Origin: Squalus acanthias | Taxonomy: Eukaryota | NCBI GenBank assembly: GCA_030390025.1 | Contig: JASTWF010000355.1 | Location: 1-64,000, forward strand | DNA length: 64,000 nucleotides | Direction: 5' to 3' | In this document: positions 23,955 through 35,508 of the stretch, piece after piece | Position numbering within the stretch: the first letter of the stretch is position 1 | How the letters are laid out: each line of letters begins with the position of its first letter | Notes under the pieces: generated by a model | What the model was told of the DNA's origin: nothing | Database searches by the model: none | The model's input: only the letters and a program-made list of their open reading frames with translations | Made by a program: the position numbers and the translations under genes

Positions 23955-25410
23955 CCTATATGTTTCACTGAAATCACCTCTCATTCTTCTAAACTCCAGA
24001 AAGTATAGGCGCAATCGACTCAATCTCTCTTCAGAGGACAACCCTCTCATCCCAGGAATAAATCTAGGGATCCTTTGTTGCACCACCTCTATGGCAAGTA
24101 TATCCTTCCTTAAATAAGGAGACCAAAACTGTGCACAGCACTCCAGGTGTGGTCTCACACGAGCCTACTCCAATTTCGAAAGACTTCCTTACCCTTGTAC
24201 TCCAAACTTCAAGCAATAAAGGCTGACTTGCCATTTGCCTTTCTAATTGCTTGCTGCACTGCATTCTAACTCTCCGTGTTTCTTGTACTACAGCATTTAC
24301 ACCTCTCTGAACACCAATATTTAATAGTTTCGCTCCATTTAAAGATATACTCTTTTTCTATTCTTCCTACCAAAGTGAATAACCTCACATTTCGCAACAT
24401 TATACTCCATCTGCCACCTTATTCCCCACTCAATTAAGCTGTCTATATCCCTTTGCAGGCACTTTGCATCCTTCTCACATCCTACTTTTCCACCTATTTT
24501 TAATTGTCAGCAACTTGTATACTTTGCACTCGGTCCCTTCATCTAAGTCATTAATATAGATTGTGAATAGCTGAGGCCCAAGCACTGATCTAGCGGCACC
24601 CCACTACTTACAGCCTGCCAATGTGAAAAATGACTGGTTTCTCCCTACTCTCTGTTTTCTGTCTGTTAAACAATACTATATCCGAGCTAAAACATTACAA
24701 CCCACCCAATGTGCCCTCATCTTTCTGAATAACCTTTTACGTGGTACCTCATCAAATGCATGTTGGAAATCCAAATAAAGTACACCCAGTTGTTCCCATT
24801 TATCAACCCTGCTTGTTACATCCTCAAAAACGTTAATACATTTGTGAAGCACGATTTCCCTTTCATAAAACCATGTTGAACCTGCCTAATCATATTATGA
24901 TATTTCTGAGTGCCCTGTTACCACTTCTTTAATAATGGATTCCAGAATGTTAACGACGACTGATATCTGGATAACTGACCTGTTGTTCCCTGTTACTTCT
25001 CGCCATCCTTTCTTGAATAGCGTGGTTACATTTGCAACCTTCCAATACACGGGACCGTTCCCGAATCTAAGGAATTTCGGAAGATCACAACCAATGCATC
25101 CACTATCTCTGCAGCCACCTCTTTTAGAACCCTAGGGTTTAGGCCATTAGGTGCAAGGGATTTGTCAGCATTTTGTCCCAATAGTTTCTCAAGTACTTTT
25201 TCTCTACTGAAACGAATTAGTTTAAGTTCCTCGCTCTCACTAGCCCCTTGATTCCCCACTATTGTTGGTATATTATTTGTGTCTTCTACTGTGAAGACAG
25301 ACAGAAAATATTGTTTAAAGTCTCTGTCATTTCTTTGTGCCCCAATACAATTTATCCTGTCTCAGCCTCTAAGGGTCCAACACTTACTTTTGCTACCCTC
25401 TTCCTTTTTA
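23955..25410 (-). mobile_element. CR1 LINE ORF2 (RT) fragment
   Basis: RPHLECCAQFWSPYLRKDILAIE and DKSLAPNGLNPRVLKEVAAEIVDAL. Confidence 0.9.
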
Positions 25411-25526
25411 CAGGGCAGTTATGTTCAACAGTGATTATTTCTGTTAATTATTTCGAAGTATATGGTTCTCACAGCGGTGCCATGATATGATAGTAAATAC
25501 AAAGAGCATTGCACTAAGCAAAGTCA

Positions 25527-25701
25527 GAGGCTAACTTTAACTTTCGACCATGGTGTAAATTGACGATATCCGCCCATTTACACCACGCCCGATTTTCCTA
25601 TCCGTTTATATCAACCGAAGGGGGGATCGGGCCTGGTGTATATCGGGTGCTAATTCAATATTCCCAATGTTACACTATCGCCCAAACTTAAAATAACCCC
25701 C
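25527..25701. mobile_element. Palindromic MITE-like element
   Basis: Ends gaggctaactttaacttt.../...aaacttaaaataacccc, with internal inverted tggtgtaaa/tttacacca. Confidence 0.5.
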
Positions 25702-26109
25702 AATGAATTACACAGATCAGCCTTTCAAAACACTAGTAATTCAATGTAGTGAAGCGTCTATTTGGTTTGATGGTTCTCGCGTGAAACAGTTTCAGTGCAA
25801 TTCAATAGGATGTGACCGGACAGCAGGAACCTCATTGAACTGGAAAGCTCTGAAAGGCCACAATCATAGTTGAAGGTGCGACAAAAAGGAAGTATTTTAG
25901 CGCAACTGGGGAACGCTATGACAATGTTGCGCAGATTGTACCTGGAGTATGGGTGAAATGCTACAATCTATAACATCCACGACTGGAGAGCAGATCAGCG
26001 CCGCGGGCTATACCCGCTCTTCCTCGAGTACAGATGAACGGGAAACGCTGCACCGCACCTGAGATTAGCAGCACAATTAAATGCGCACAGAATTGGAGGT
26101 ATTCCTTGT

Positions 26110-26670
26110 GACACAGGCTGGGGATTGCCTGGGAGCTAGGGGACAGATTACGGGTATAAAGAACCTACTCTGGTGGGCGGGATATGACAAGTCATGTTCC
26201 CCAGGGATCTGACATGGTACAGCAGTTTTCACCGTATATATTAATGACTTAGATGAAGGAAGAGAGAGTTGTTTATCCAAGTTTTCAGATTGCACGAGGT
26301 CAGCAGGCTCAGTCGGTTATGTAGATCGGAGCAGGAGGTTACAACGGGAAATAGAAAAAATAAGGGAGTGGCCAAAAGTACGGTAGGTGGAGTTTAGTGA
26401 GGGAAAGTGACCCGAGAAAGAAAAATCGGAATATTTTCTGCATGGCGAGAGACTAGGAGCCGTGGAGTGATTTAGGTGCCCATGTACACAAATCACTAAA
26501 AGCTACTGCACAGGTACAAAAAATAATCAAAAAGGTTAATGGAATGTTGGTCTTTAACTCAGGGGTGCTGGAATACAAAGAGGAGGAAGTGATGCTTCAA
26601 TTTCTCAGCGCCTTGGTCAGACCTGACCTGGAGTACTGATTTCGGCTTTGGTCAGCAAACCTGCGTAATC
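26110..26670 (+). mobile_element. Degenerate CR1 RT fragment
   Basis: FTVYINDLDEG..., aatggaatgttgg and ggtcagacct...ctggagtactg motifs. Confidence 0.7.
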
Positions 26671-27019
26671 GAATGGGATCCCCAAAGAAACACATGTTCT
26701 GCAGTTAATGACGGGAGCGTTGTAGCTCTCCCTAAAACCCAAAGAAAAAAACAACCATGAGACCATGGGGTTAAAATTCAAATTCGACGGAGGGGAAAAA
26801 CGTGGAGTAGCGGATTGGCCGCCTGTTGTACACATATCTCCTGTATTCTGACCCGGAAAGTCCATTCCCTGGTGTTTATATCCTGGACCATCTCCTTTAT
26901 TGTGACCCGGTTCAGTCCATTCACTGTAGTTCATATCCTGGACTATCCCCTGTATTGTGTCCCGGTTCAGTCTATTCCCTGGGATGTATATCCCGGACCA
27001 ACCCCTGTTGCACTGTAAA

Positions 27020-27345
27020 GCTGTGATATAAACTCTGGGCTGAGCTGCCGCGCTGTCGGGCCGTGTGCTGAATGGAGCCGAGTTCCCTCAGTCACATAGC
27101 GCGGCCCCTGTAATCCGGGCAACCATCCTGTTTCTGACCGTCACTCACACACCGGCCCGCGCTGCCCGGCACAAGAGGCAAACCCCTCCCACTGGAAATC
27201 CCCGGATTCACGGCAGGAGCGGCACTGCGTCTCCGCGGGGGAGCAAGGGAGCGACACTGCGCCTGTGCGGGAATGCACGGGAGCGACAGTGCGTCTGCGC
27301 CAGAGAGCATTGCCGCTGTGCAAGCTGTCATATAAGTGATTGGCG
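27020..27345 (-). promoter_or_regulatory. Small CpG-rich island: candidate promoter/first exon of the minus-strand NLR
   Basis: CpG-dense. Minus-strand CCAAT (27343-27339) is followed by TTATATG. NF-kB consensus GGGGATTTCC at 27203-27194. Donors CCG|gtgtgt (27153) and TGT|gtgagt (27149). Confidence 0.4.
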
Positions 27346-28455
27346 TAACAAGATCTCGGGGCTGAATGAGCTCCTCTGATTTCTATCTGTCTGTGGTATT
27401 GTACTGCCCGATATTTCTACACGAGTTAATTAACTGAAGCCAATATTGGCAATCATGTACATGAAGGCTCTCGCGACACAGTTTTAAGTTGAAGTTCGTG
27501 CCTTATTTAAACAGCACTAGCAGATTATCTTCCATTAGTACCGGAGAGTGAGTGGCTACACTTGAACTTTGATATCAGAGGTATAACAGAAAGTGAATGT
27601 GACAGGGCCAACAGTAAGCGTGAAGCTTACAGGAAGATTTCCATAAAAATGGGACTTTTAATTCATTAACAGTGAATCTCGGTGACCTTGCTCATACTTA
27701 GACAGATGAACTGTAAATTGTTTAAACTGTGTTTGTTGGAAGAGGCCAGAATGGCATTTGAACAAGTTCGAATGTTCACTGCACCGCCCCCAGTGCTGAA
27801 AGGCTGAATAACAGGTGGAATAATATTCTCCCTTGAAAAGGTATTGAAAAAGGCATAATCAATATAAGAACTGTTATTAAGTCACGGAAAGAGGAAGTCT
27901 TACGAATTATATAAACTACTGTTCCGAAACAACCGCCCTATATTCTTAGTTTACTGTTATAGACTTCCTGTTAAAAATACTCCAGGTCTCCAGAAGATGT
28001 CCCTACTCCTGGACTGCCGAGTACACAGACAAGAGTTTACACTGAATGTTTGACGGTCTCTTGGATATAATTGGGAGCCAACTTGTACTGAGATCTGACA
28101 GATTGTTACCCTGGCAAAAGAGGAAATCACTCAACGAGAATAACTGATCACGGAAGTAACACAACCAACATCACATGTTCGGAGTTTAGTTCAGAACATT
28201 AACCCTGAACATTCAGCCAGTGTTTCTAACCATGAGGCTCTGATTCCAATAATGGATTTTTACACCACCAGACCTGACACTGCGGGTTTACTGAATCCAC
28301 CGGCAGTTCCAGCTGAACGGAACATTTAGCATCGCCGCATCTACAGAAATACATCAATAAAATAATCACTTTGTTGGAAATCGAACACTTCTGATTTTAT
28401 AAACTGACTAACTTAAAGCATCCGAATATGTACCTGTTAACAATTACCATTTAAA

Positions 28456-29940
28456 ATGCTGCTAAACGATAACATCAACAAGTTCCATCCCACCATCAAA
28501 CTCTCCATGGACTGCTCCTCAGAATCGGTTTCATTCTTGGACACACGAATCTCCATCAAAGACGGACACCTCAGCACTTCACTCTACCCCAAGCCCACGG
28601 ACAGCCTCACGATGCTCCACGTTTCCAACTTCCACCCTAACCACGTTAAAGAAGCCATCCCCTGTGGACAAGCCCTGCGAATACACAGGATCTGCTCAGA
28701 CGAGGAGGAACGCGATGGACACCTACGGACGCTGAAAAACGCCCTCGTAAGAACGGGATATGACGCTCGACTCATCAATCGACAGTTCCGACTGGCCACA
28801 GCGAAAAATCGCATAGACCTCCTCAGAAGGCAAACACGGGACACAACCAACAGTGTACCCTACTTCGTCCAGTACTTCCCCAGAGCGGAGAAACTACGCC
28901 ATGTTCTTCGCAGCCTTCAACATGTCATCGATGACGACGAACACCTCGCTAAGGCCATCCCCACGCCTCCACTACTTGCGTTCAAACAGCCGCCTAACCT
29001 CAGAAGTACCATCGTTCGCAGCAAATTACCCAGCTTTCAGGATAACAGCGACCACGACACCACACAACCCTGCCACGGCAACCTCTGCAAGACATGCCAG
29101 ATCATCAACACAGATACCATCATCACACGAGAGGACACCACCCACCAGGTACATGGTACATACTCATGTGACTCGGCCAACGTTGTCTACCTGATACGTT
29201 GCAGGAAAGGATGCCCCAGAGCATTGTACATCGGCGAGACCATGCAGCCACTGAGACAACGTATAAATGGACACCGCACAACAAGCGCCAGGCAGGATTG
29301 TTACCTCCCAGTCGGGGAACACTTCAGCAGTCAAGGACATTCAGCCTCGGATCTGCAGGTAAGCGTTCTCCAAGGCGGCCTAAGAGACACACGACAACGC
29401 AAAATCATCGAGCAGAAACTGATAGCCAAGATCCGCACTCATGAGGATGGCCGCAACCGGGATCTTGGGTTCATTTCACGATACATGACGTAGAGTCATC
29501 TAGACTGAAGTCGTCGTTGGCTGATTCACAGATGTGATTTCCAGTAAAAAAAGTAAAAATTTTAAAGTTTATCGTTTTCCATACAGACTGCAGCTTTTGA
29601 CACATTAGACCACCTGTAACCCCACCTCATTGTCTCAGTTGTATCTTGCTATGTCTTTGATGTGGTGCCTTCCTGCCTGACCTGATTGTTTCTCTGCCGA
29701 GGTGTGACAAAAGGCAGTCAGGAGGATTAAATGTAGTCGTCTGACATTGTACGCTACACATGCATTGTTCTCTATCTATATATGCTTTGTCGATTTGTGT
29801 TCCTTTACTTCACCTGACGAGGGAGCAGCAGCTCCGAAAGCTTGTGATTTCAAATAAAACTGTTGGACTATAACCTGGTGTTGTGCGACATCTCAATATA
29901 TGTCCACCCCAGTCCAACACTGGCATCTCCGCATCATGGC
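28456..29940 (+). mobile_element. 5'-truncated Penelope-like retroelement: RT thumb + GIY-YIG endonuclease ORF (28456-29493) and 3' pLTR
   Basis: SFLD, LYPKPTD, HPNHVKEAIPCGQALRIHRICS, Cys linker PCHGNLCKTC, NVVYLIRC...LYIGET, RINGH, EQKLI and GRNRD. Confidence 0.93.
29810..29847 (+). ncRNA. Minimal type I hammerhead ribozyme in the Penelope 3' pLTR
   Basis: Stem I TCAC/GTGA, core CTGACGA, stem II GGAGC/GCTCC, GAAA, palindromic AGCT stem III and CUU cleavage triplet. Confidence 0.75.
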
Positions 29941-29944
29941 CACT

Positions 29945-32900
29945 TCTGCCCAATGACGGACCTGAACTGTGCTCGGTCCTTTTCCCAAGTGACGGGCCTG
30001 TCCTGTGCTCGGTCGTTCTCCCCAGTGACGGGCCTGTCCTGTGCTCAGTCCTTCTCCCCAGTGAAGGGCCTGTCCTGTGCTCGATCCTTCTCCCCAGTGA
30101 AGGGCCTGTCCTGTGCTCGGTAATTCACCCCAGTGGCGGGCCTGTCCTGTGCACGGTCCAACTCCCCAGTGACGGACCGGTCCTGTGCTCATCCTTGTCC
30201 CCAGTAACGGACCTGTACTGTGCTAGGTCCTTCTAGCCAGTGACGGGCCTGTCCAGTGCTCAGTCCTTCTCCCCAGTGACGGGCCTGTCCTGTGCTCGGT
30301 CCTTCTCCCAGTGACGGGCCTGTCCTGTGCTCGGTCCTTCTCCCCAGTGACGGGCCTGTCCTGTGCTCGGTCCTTCTCCACAGTGACGGGCCTGTCCTGT
30401 GCTCGGTCCTTCTCCCCAGTGACGGGCCTGTCCTGTGCTCGGTCCTTCTCCCCAGTGACGGGCCTGTCCTGTGCTCGGTCCTTCTCCCCAGTGACGGGCC
30501 TGTCCTGTGCTCGGTCCTTCTCCCCAGTGACGGGCCTGTCCTGTGCTCGGTCCTTCTCCACAGTGACAGGCCTGTCCTGTGCTCGGTCCTTCTCTCCAGT
30601 GACGGGCCTGTCCTGTGCTCGGTCCTTCTCCCCAGTGACGGGCCTGTCCTGTGCTCGGTCCTTCTCCCCAGTGACGGACCTGTCCTGTGCTCGGTCCTTC
30701 TCTCCAGTGACGGGCCTGACCTGTGCACGGTCCTTCTCCCTAGTGACGGGCCTGTCCTGTGCTCAGTCCTTCTCCGTAGTGACGGGCCTGTCCTGTGCTC
30801 AGTCCTTCTCCCCAGTGACGGGCCTGTCCTGTGCTCGGTCCTTCTCCCCAGTAACGGACCTGTCCTGTGCTCGGTCCTTCTCCCCAGTGACGGGCCTGTC
30901 CTGTGCTCAGTCCTAACCCCCAGTGACGGGCCTGTCCTGTTCTCTGTCCTTCTCCCCAGTGACGGGCCTCTCCTGTGCTCAGTCCTAACCCCCAGTGACG
31001 GGCCTGTCCTGTGCTCTGTCCTTCTCCCCAGTGACGGGCCTCTCCTGTGCTCAGTCCTAACCCCCAGTGACGGGCCTGTCATGTGCTCAGTCCTTCTCCA
31101 CAGTGACGGGCCTGTTCTGTGCTCGGTCCTAACCCCCAGTGACGGGCCTGTCCTGTGCTCGGTCCTTCTACCCAGTGACGGGCCTTTCCTGTGCTCGGTC
31201 CTTCTCCACAGTGATGGGCCTGACTCGTGCTCATCCTTCTCCCCAGTGACGGACCAGTCCTGTGCTCCGTCCTTCTCCCCAGTGACGGGCCTGTCCTGTG
31301 CTCTGTCTTTTTCCCCAGTGACGAGCCTGTCCTGTGCTCGGTCCTTCTCCCCAGTGACGGGCCTGTCCTGTGCTCGGTCCTTCTCCCCAGTGACGGGTTT
31401 GTCCTGTGCACGATCTTTCTACCCAGTGACGGGCCTGTCCTGTGCTCAGTCCCTCTACCCAGTGACGGGCCTGTCCTGTGCTCTGTCTTTCTCCCCAGTG
31501 ACGGGCCTGTCCTGTGCTCGATCCTTCTCTCCACTGACGGGCCTGCCCTGTGCGCTGTCCTTCTCCCCAGTGGTGGGCCTGGCCTGTGCTCGGTCCTTCT
31601 CCCCAGTGAAGGGCCTGTCCTGTGCTCGGTCCTTCTCCGTAGTGACAGGCCTGTCCTGTGCTCTGTCCTTCTCCCTAGTGACAGGCCTGTTCTGTGCTCA
31701 TCCTTCTCCCCAGTGACGGGTCTGTCCTGTGCTCGGTCCTTCTCCCCAGTGACGGGCCTGTCCTGTGCTCGGTCCTTCTCCCCAGTGACGGGTCTGTCCT
31801 GTGCTCGGTCCTTCTCCCCAGTGACGGGCCTGTCCTGTGCTCGGTCCTTCTCCCCAGTGACGGGTCTGTCCTGTGCTCGGTCCTTCTCCCAAGTGATGGA
31901 CCTGTCCTGTACTCCGTCCTTCTCCCCAGTGACGGGCCTGTCCTGTGCTCGGTCCTTCTCCGCAGTGATGGGTCAGTCCTGTGCTCGGTCCTTCTCCCCA
32001 GTGATGGGCCTGTCCTGTGCTCGATCCTCCTCTCCAGTGACGGGCCTCTCCTGTGCTCGGTCCTTCTCCCCAGTGACGGGCCTGTCCTGTGCTCAGTCCC
32101 TCTCCCCAGTGACGGGCCTGTCCTTTGCTCAGTACTTCTCCCTAGTCACGGGCCTGTCCTGTGCTCTGTCCTTCTCCCCAGTGACGGGCCCGTCCTGTGC
32201 TCGGTCCTTCTCCCCAGTGACGGGCCTGTCCTGTGCTCGGTCCTTCTCCCCAGTGACGGGCCTGTCCTGTGCTCGGTCCTTCTCCCCAGTGACGGGCCTG
32301 TCCTGTGCTCGGTCCTTCTCCCCAGTGACGGGCCTGTCCTGTGCTCGGTCCTTATCCACAGTGATGGGCCTGTCCTGTGCTCATCCTTCTCCCCAGTGAC
32401 GGACCAGTCCTGTGCTCGGTCCTTCTCCCCAGTGACGAGCCTGTCCTGTGCTCGGTCCTTCTCCACAGTGATGGGCCTGACTCGTGCTCATCCTTCTCCC
32501 CAATGACAGGCCTGTCCTGTGCCCGATCCTTCTCCCCAGTGTCGGACATGTCCTGTGCTCGGTCCTTCTCTCCAGTGACGGGCCTGTCCTGTGCTCAGTC
32601 CTGCTCCCCAGTGACGGGCCTGTCCTGTGCGCTGTCCTTCTCCCCAGTGGCGTGCCAGTCCTGTGCTCGGTCCTTCTCCACAGTGACGGGCCTGTCCTGT
32701 GCGCTGTCCTTCTCCCCAGTGGCGTGCCTGTCCTGTGCTCGGTCCTTCTCCACAGTGATGGGCATGACTCGTGCTCATCCTTCTCCCCAGTGACGGACCT
32801 GGCCTGTGCTCGGTCCTTCTCCCCAGTGAAGGGCCTGTCCTGTGATCGGTCTTTCTCCCCAGTGACAGGCCTGTCCTGTGCTCGGTCCTTCTCCCCAGTG

Positions 32901-33365
32901 ACGGGTCTGTCCTGTGCTCGGTCCTTTTCCCCAGTGACGGGCCTGTCCTGTGCTCGGTCCTTGTCCCCAGTGACGGACCTGTCCTGTGCTCGGTCTTTCT
33001 CCCCAGTGACGGGCCTGTCCTGTGCTCAGTCCTTCTCCCCAGTGACGGGCCTGTCCTGTGCTCGGTCTTCTCCCCAGTGACGGGCCTGTCCTGTGCTCGG
33101 TCCTTCACCCCAGTGATGGGCCTGTCCTGTGCTCGGTCCTTCTCCCCAGTGACGGGCCTGTCCTGTGCTCGGTCTTTCTCCCCAGTGACGGGCCTGTCCT
33201 GTGCTCAGTCCTTCTCCCCAGTGACGGGCCTGTCCTGTGCTCGGTTCTTCTCCCCAGTGACGGGCCTGTCCTGTGCTCGGTCCTTCACCTCAGTGATGGG
33301 CCTGTCCTGTGCTCGGTCCTTCTCCCCAGTGACGGGCCTGTCCTGTGTTCGGTCCTTCTCCACAG
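29945..33365. repeat. 36-bp minisatellite (CCCCAGTGACGGGCCTGTCCTGTGCTCGGTCCTTCT)
   Basis: Directly visible, with a highly homogeneous core. Confidence 0.97.
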
Positions 33366-33769
33366 CAACGCTGCTCAGTTGCTAACAAACCCGATCCCAT
33401 TGCTCGAAAGTACCACTCAGTTTCACCTGAAGATTCCTGCAATAACTGCAATAACACCCCAGCCGCATCCATCTCTATTTTACACAAGGCCCGATTTCTG
33501 CTCTGTTCAATGCTGCGATTTATGATAATCTGTGTCTATCTACAGCTTACAGCAGGAAATCCAGTGCTGGATCTGACGAATTTCCATGATAACAGTAGGA
33601 CCAATAGCTGCCGTAATCCTCCGCCTCTTCCGGTTCAGGGCTGAGTATATCTGTTCAATTCTGTCACTTTCCTCAGATCCACGACACTCCCGCCAGGGAT
33701 TCATGAGAATCCCCAAAGTTCGGACACAAAAAGCAACTTTTGTTCTCTGAAATTGAGACAAACACATAT

Positions 33770-34815
33770 TGTCTGATCTTACTGGACCCAATCTCCACGG
33801 GTGACACACTGTTTGATCTCATTGGGCATATCCTCCCTGTTACTCACTGCCTGATCTCACTGGGCCCATCCCCCTTGGTTTACACACTGCCTGATCTCAC
33901 TGGGGCCATCCCCCTTGGGTGATACACTGTCTGATCTCACTGGGCCCATCCTCCCCGGGTTACACACTGTCTGATCTTACTGGGCCCATCCTCACCGGGT
34001 GACACACTGTCTGATCTTACTGAGCCCATGCTCACCGGTTTACACACTGTCTGATTTCAATGGGCCCATCCTCCCCGGGTTATACACTGTCTGATCTCAC
34101 TGTGCCCATCCTACCCGGGTTACACACTGTCTGACATCACTGGGCCCATCCTCCCCGGGGTACACATTGTCTGATGTCAAATGGCTCATCCTCCCAGGGT
34201 TACACACTGTCTGATCTCACTGGGCCCATCTTCCCCAGTTACACATTGTCTGATCTCACTGGTCCCATCCTCCCCGGATAACACACTGTCTGATCTCACT
34301 GGGCCCATCATCCCCGGATTACACTCTGGCTGATCTCACTGGACCCATCCTCCCCGGGTTACACACTGTCTGATCTCACTGGGTCCATCCTCCCCGGGTT
34401 ACGGACTGTCTGATCTCACTGGGCCCATCCTCCCCACGTTACACAGTGTCTGATCTCACTGGGCCCATCCTCCCCGGGTTACACACTGTCGGATCTCACT
34501 GGGTCCATCCTCCCCGGGTTACGGACTGTCTGATCTCACTGGGCCCATCCTCCCCACGTTACACACTGTCTGATCTCACTGGGCCCATCCTCCCCGGGTT
34601 ACAAACTATCTGATCTCACTGGGCACATCCTCCCCGGGTTACACACTGTATGATCTCATTTGGCCCATCCTCCCCGGGTTACAGACTGTCTAATCTCACT
34701 GTCCCCATCCTCCCCGGGTTACTCACTGTCTGATCTCACAGGGCCCATCCTCCCCGGATTGCACTCTTTGATCTCACTCGGTCCATTCGCCCGTTACACT
34801 CTGTCTGACCTCACT
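33770..34815. repeat. 40-bp minisatellite (TACACACTGTCTGATCTCACTGGGCCCATCCTCCCCGGGT)
   Basis: Directly visible. Confidence 0.95.
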
Positions 34816-34974
34816 GGGGACTGGCATACAGCAAACCCCGCCCAATGCACATCCCCTGATCAGCAAAGTATCGACACTGCGCCTGTTTGGGAGAGCAAGT
34901 GAGCAGCACTGCTCCTGCCACGGGAAAGCAATGGAACGAGAATGCATCACCACAGCGCCCCCAGTGGAAGGACG

Positions 34975-35440
34975 ACGACTCATGGAAAATAGCAACAGGA
35001 GAAGTACATTCAGCCCCTCCAAGCAATTCCATCATTCAATTAAATCATGGCTAATCTGTCTTAACTCCATGGCCCTGCCTTGGTTTCGCACCAATAATGC
35101 ACAACAAACATCTCTTAATACTTTCCGCCATCCAAACGGAACTAAACAGGTACCTGAAAATAAAATTCTGGTTATGGGGAAAGGGCGGGGGACTTAGCTG
35201 GAGTTCTCAGAGATCAGGCATGGGCTCGACAGGCCGAATGGCATCCTACTGTCCCGTAAGGATGATTCTGTCACCTCTTACCGGCCGAGCTCTAATCTGA
35301 TGTTTATGCTTTATTGTTTTGGACACCCCCACCAGAGGAAAACTACTTTCTCTCTATCTATCCTGGCATAGCCTTTAATCATCTTAATCACCTCAATTAG
35401 ATGACCGCTTGATCATCTATATTCAAGGGAATCCAAACTT
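34975..35440. mobile_element. Cluster of short CR1/SINE 3'-tail fragments in both orientations
   Basis: gggctcgacaggccgaatggc (+), cattcagcccctccaagc (-) and ttctctctatcta...tttaatcatctt (-). Confidence 0.5.
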
Positions 35441-35508
35441 TGCAACCGATGAGGCCCGAAGGTTCGGAGCTGCGGGGAGCAGAGTGAGAGCGGATCAGTT
35501 AAAAGGAG

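Noticed and set aside
29945..34815. CRISPR-like appearance of the 36-40 bp repeats
   Set aside because: Monomers are head-to-tail with no unique spacers, there are no cas genes, and the context is eukaryotic.
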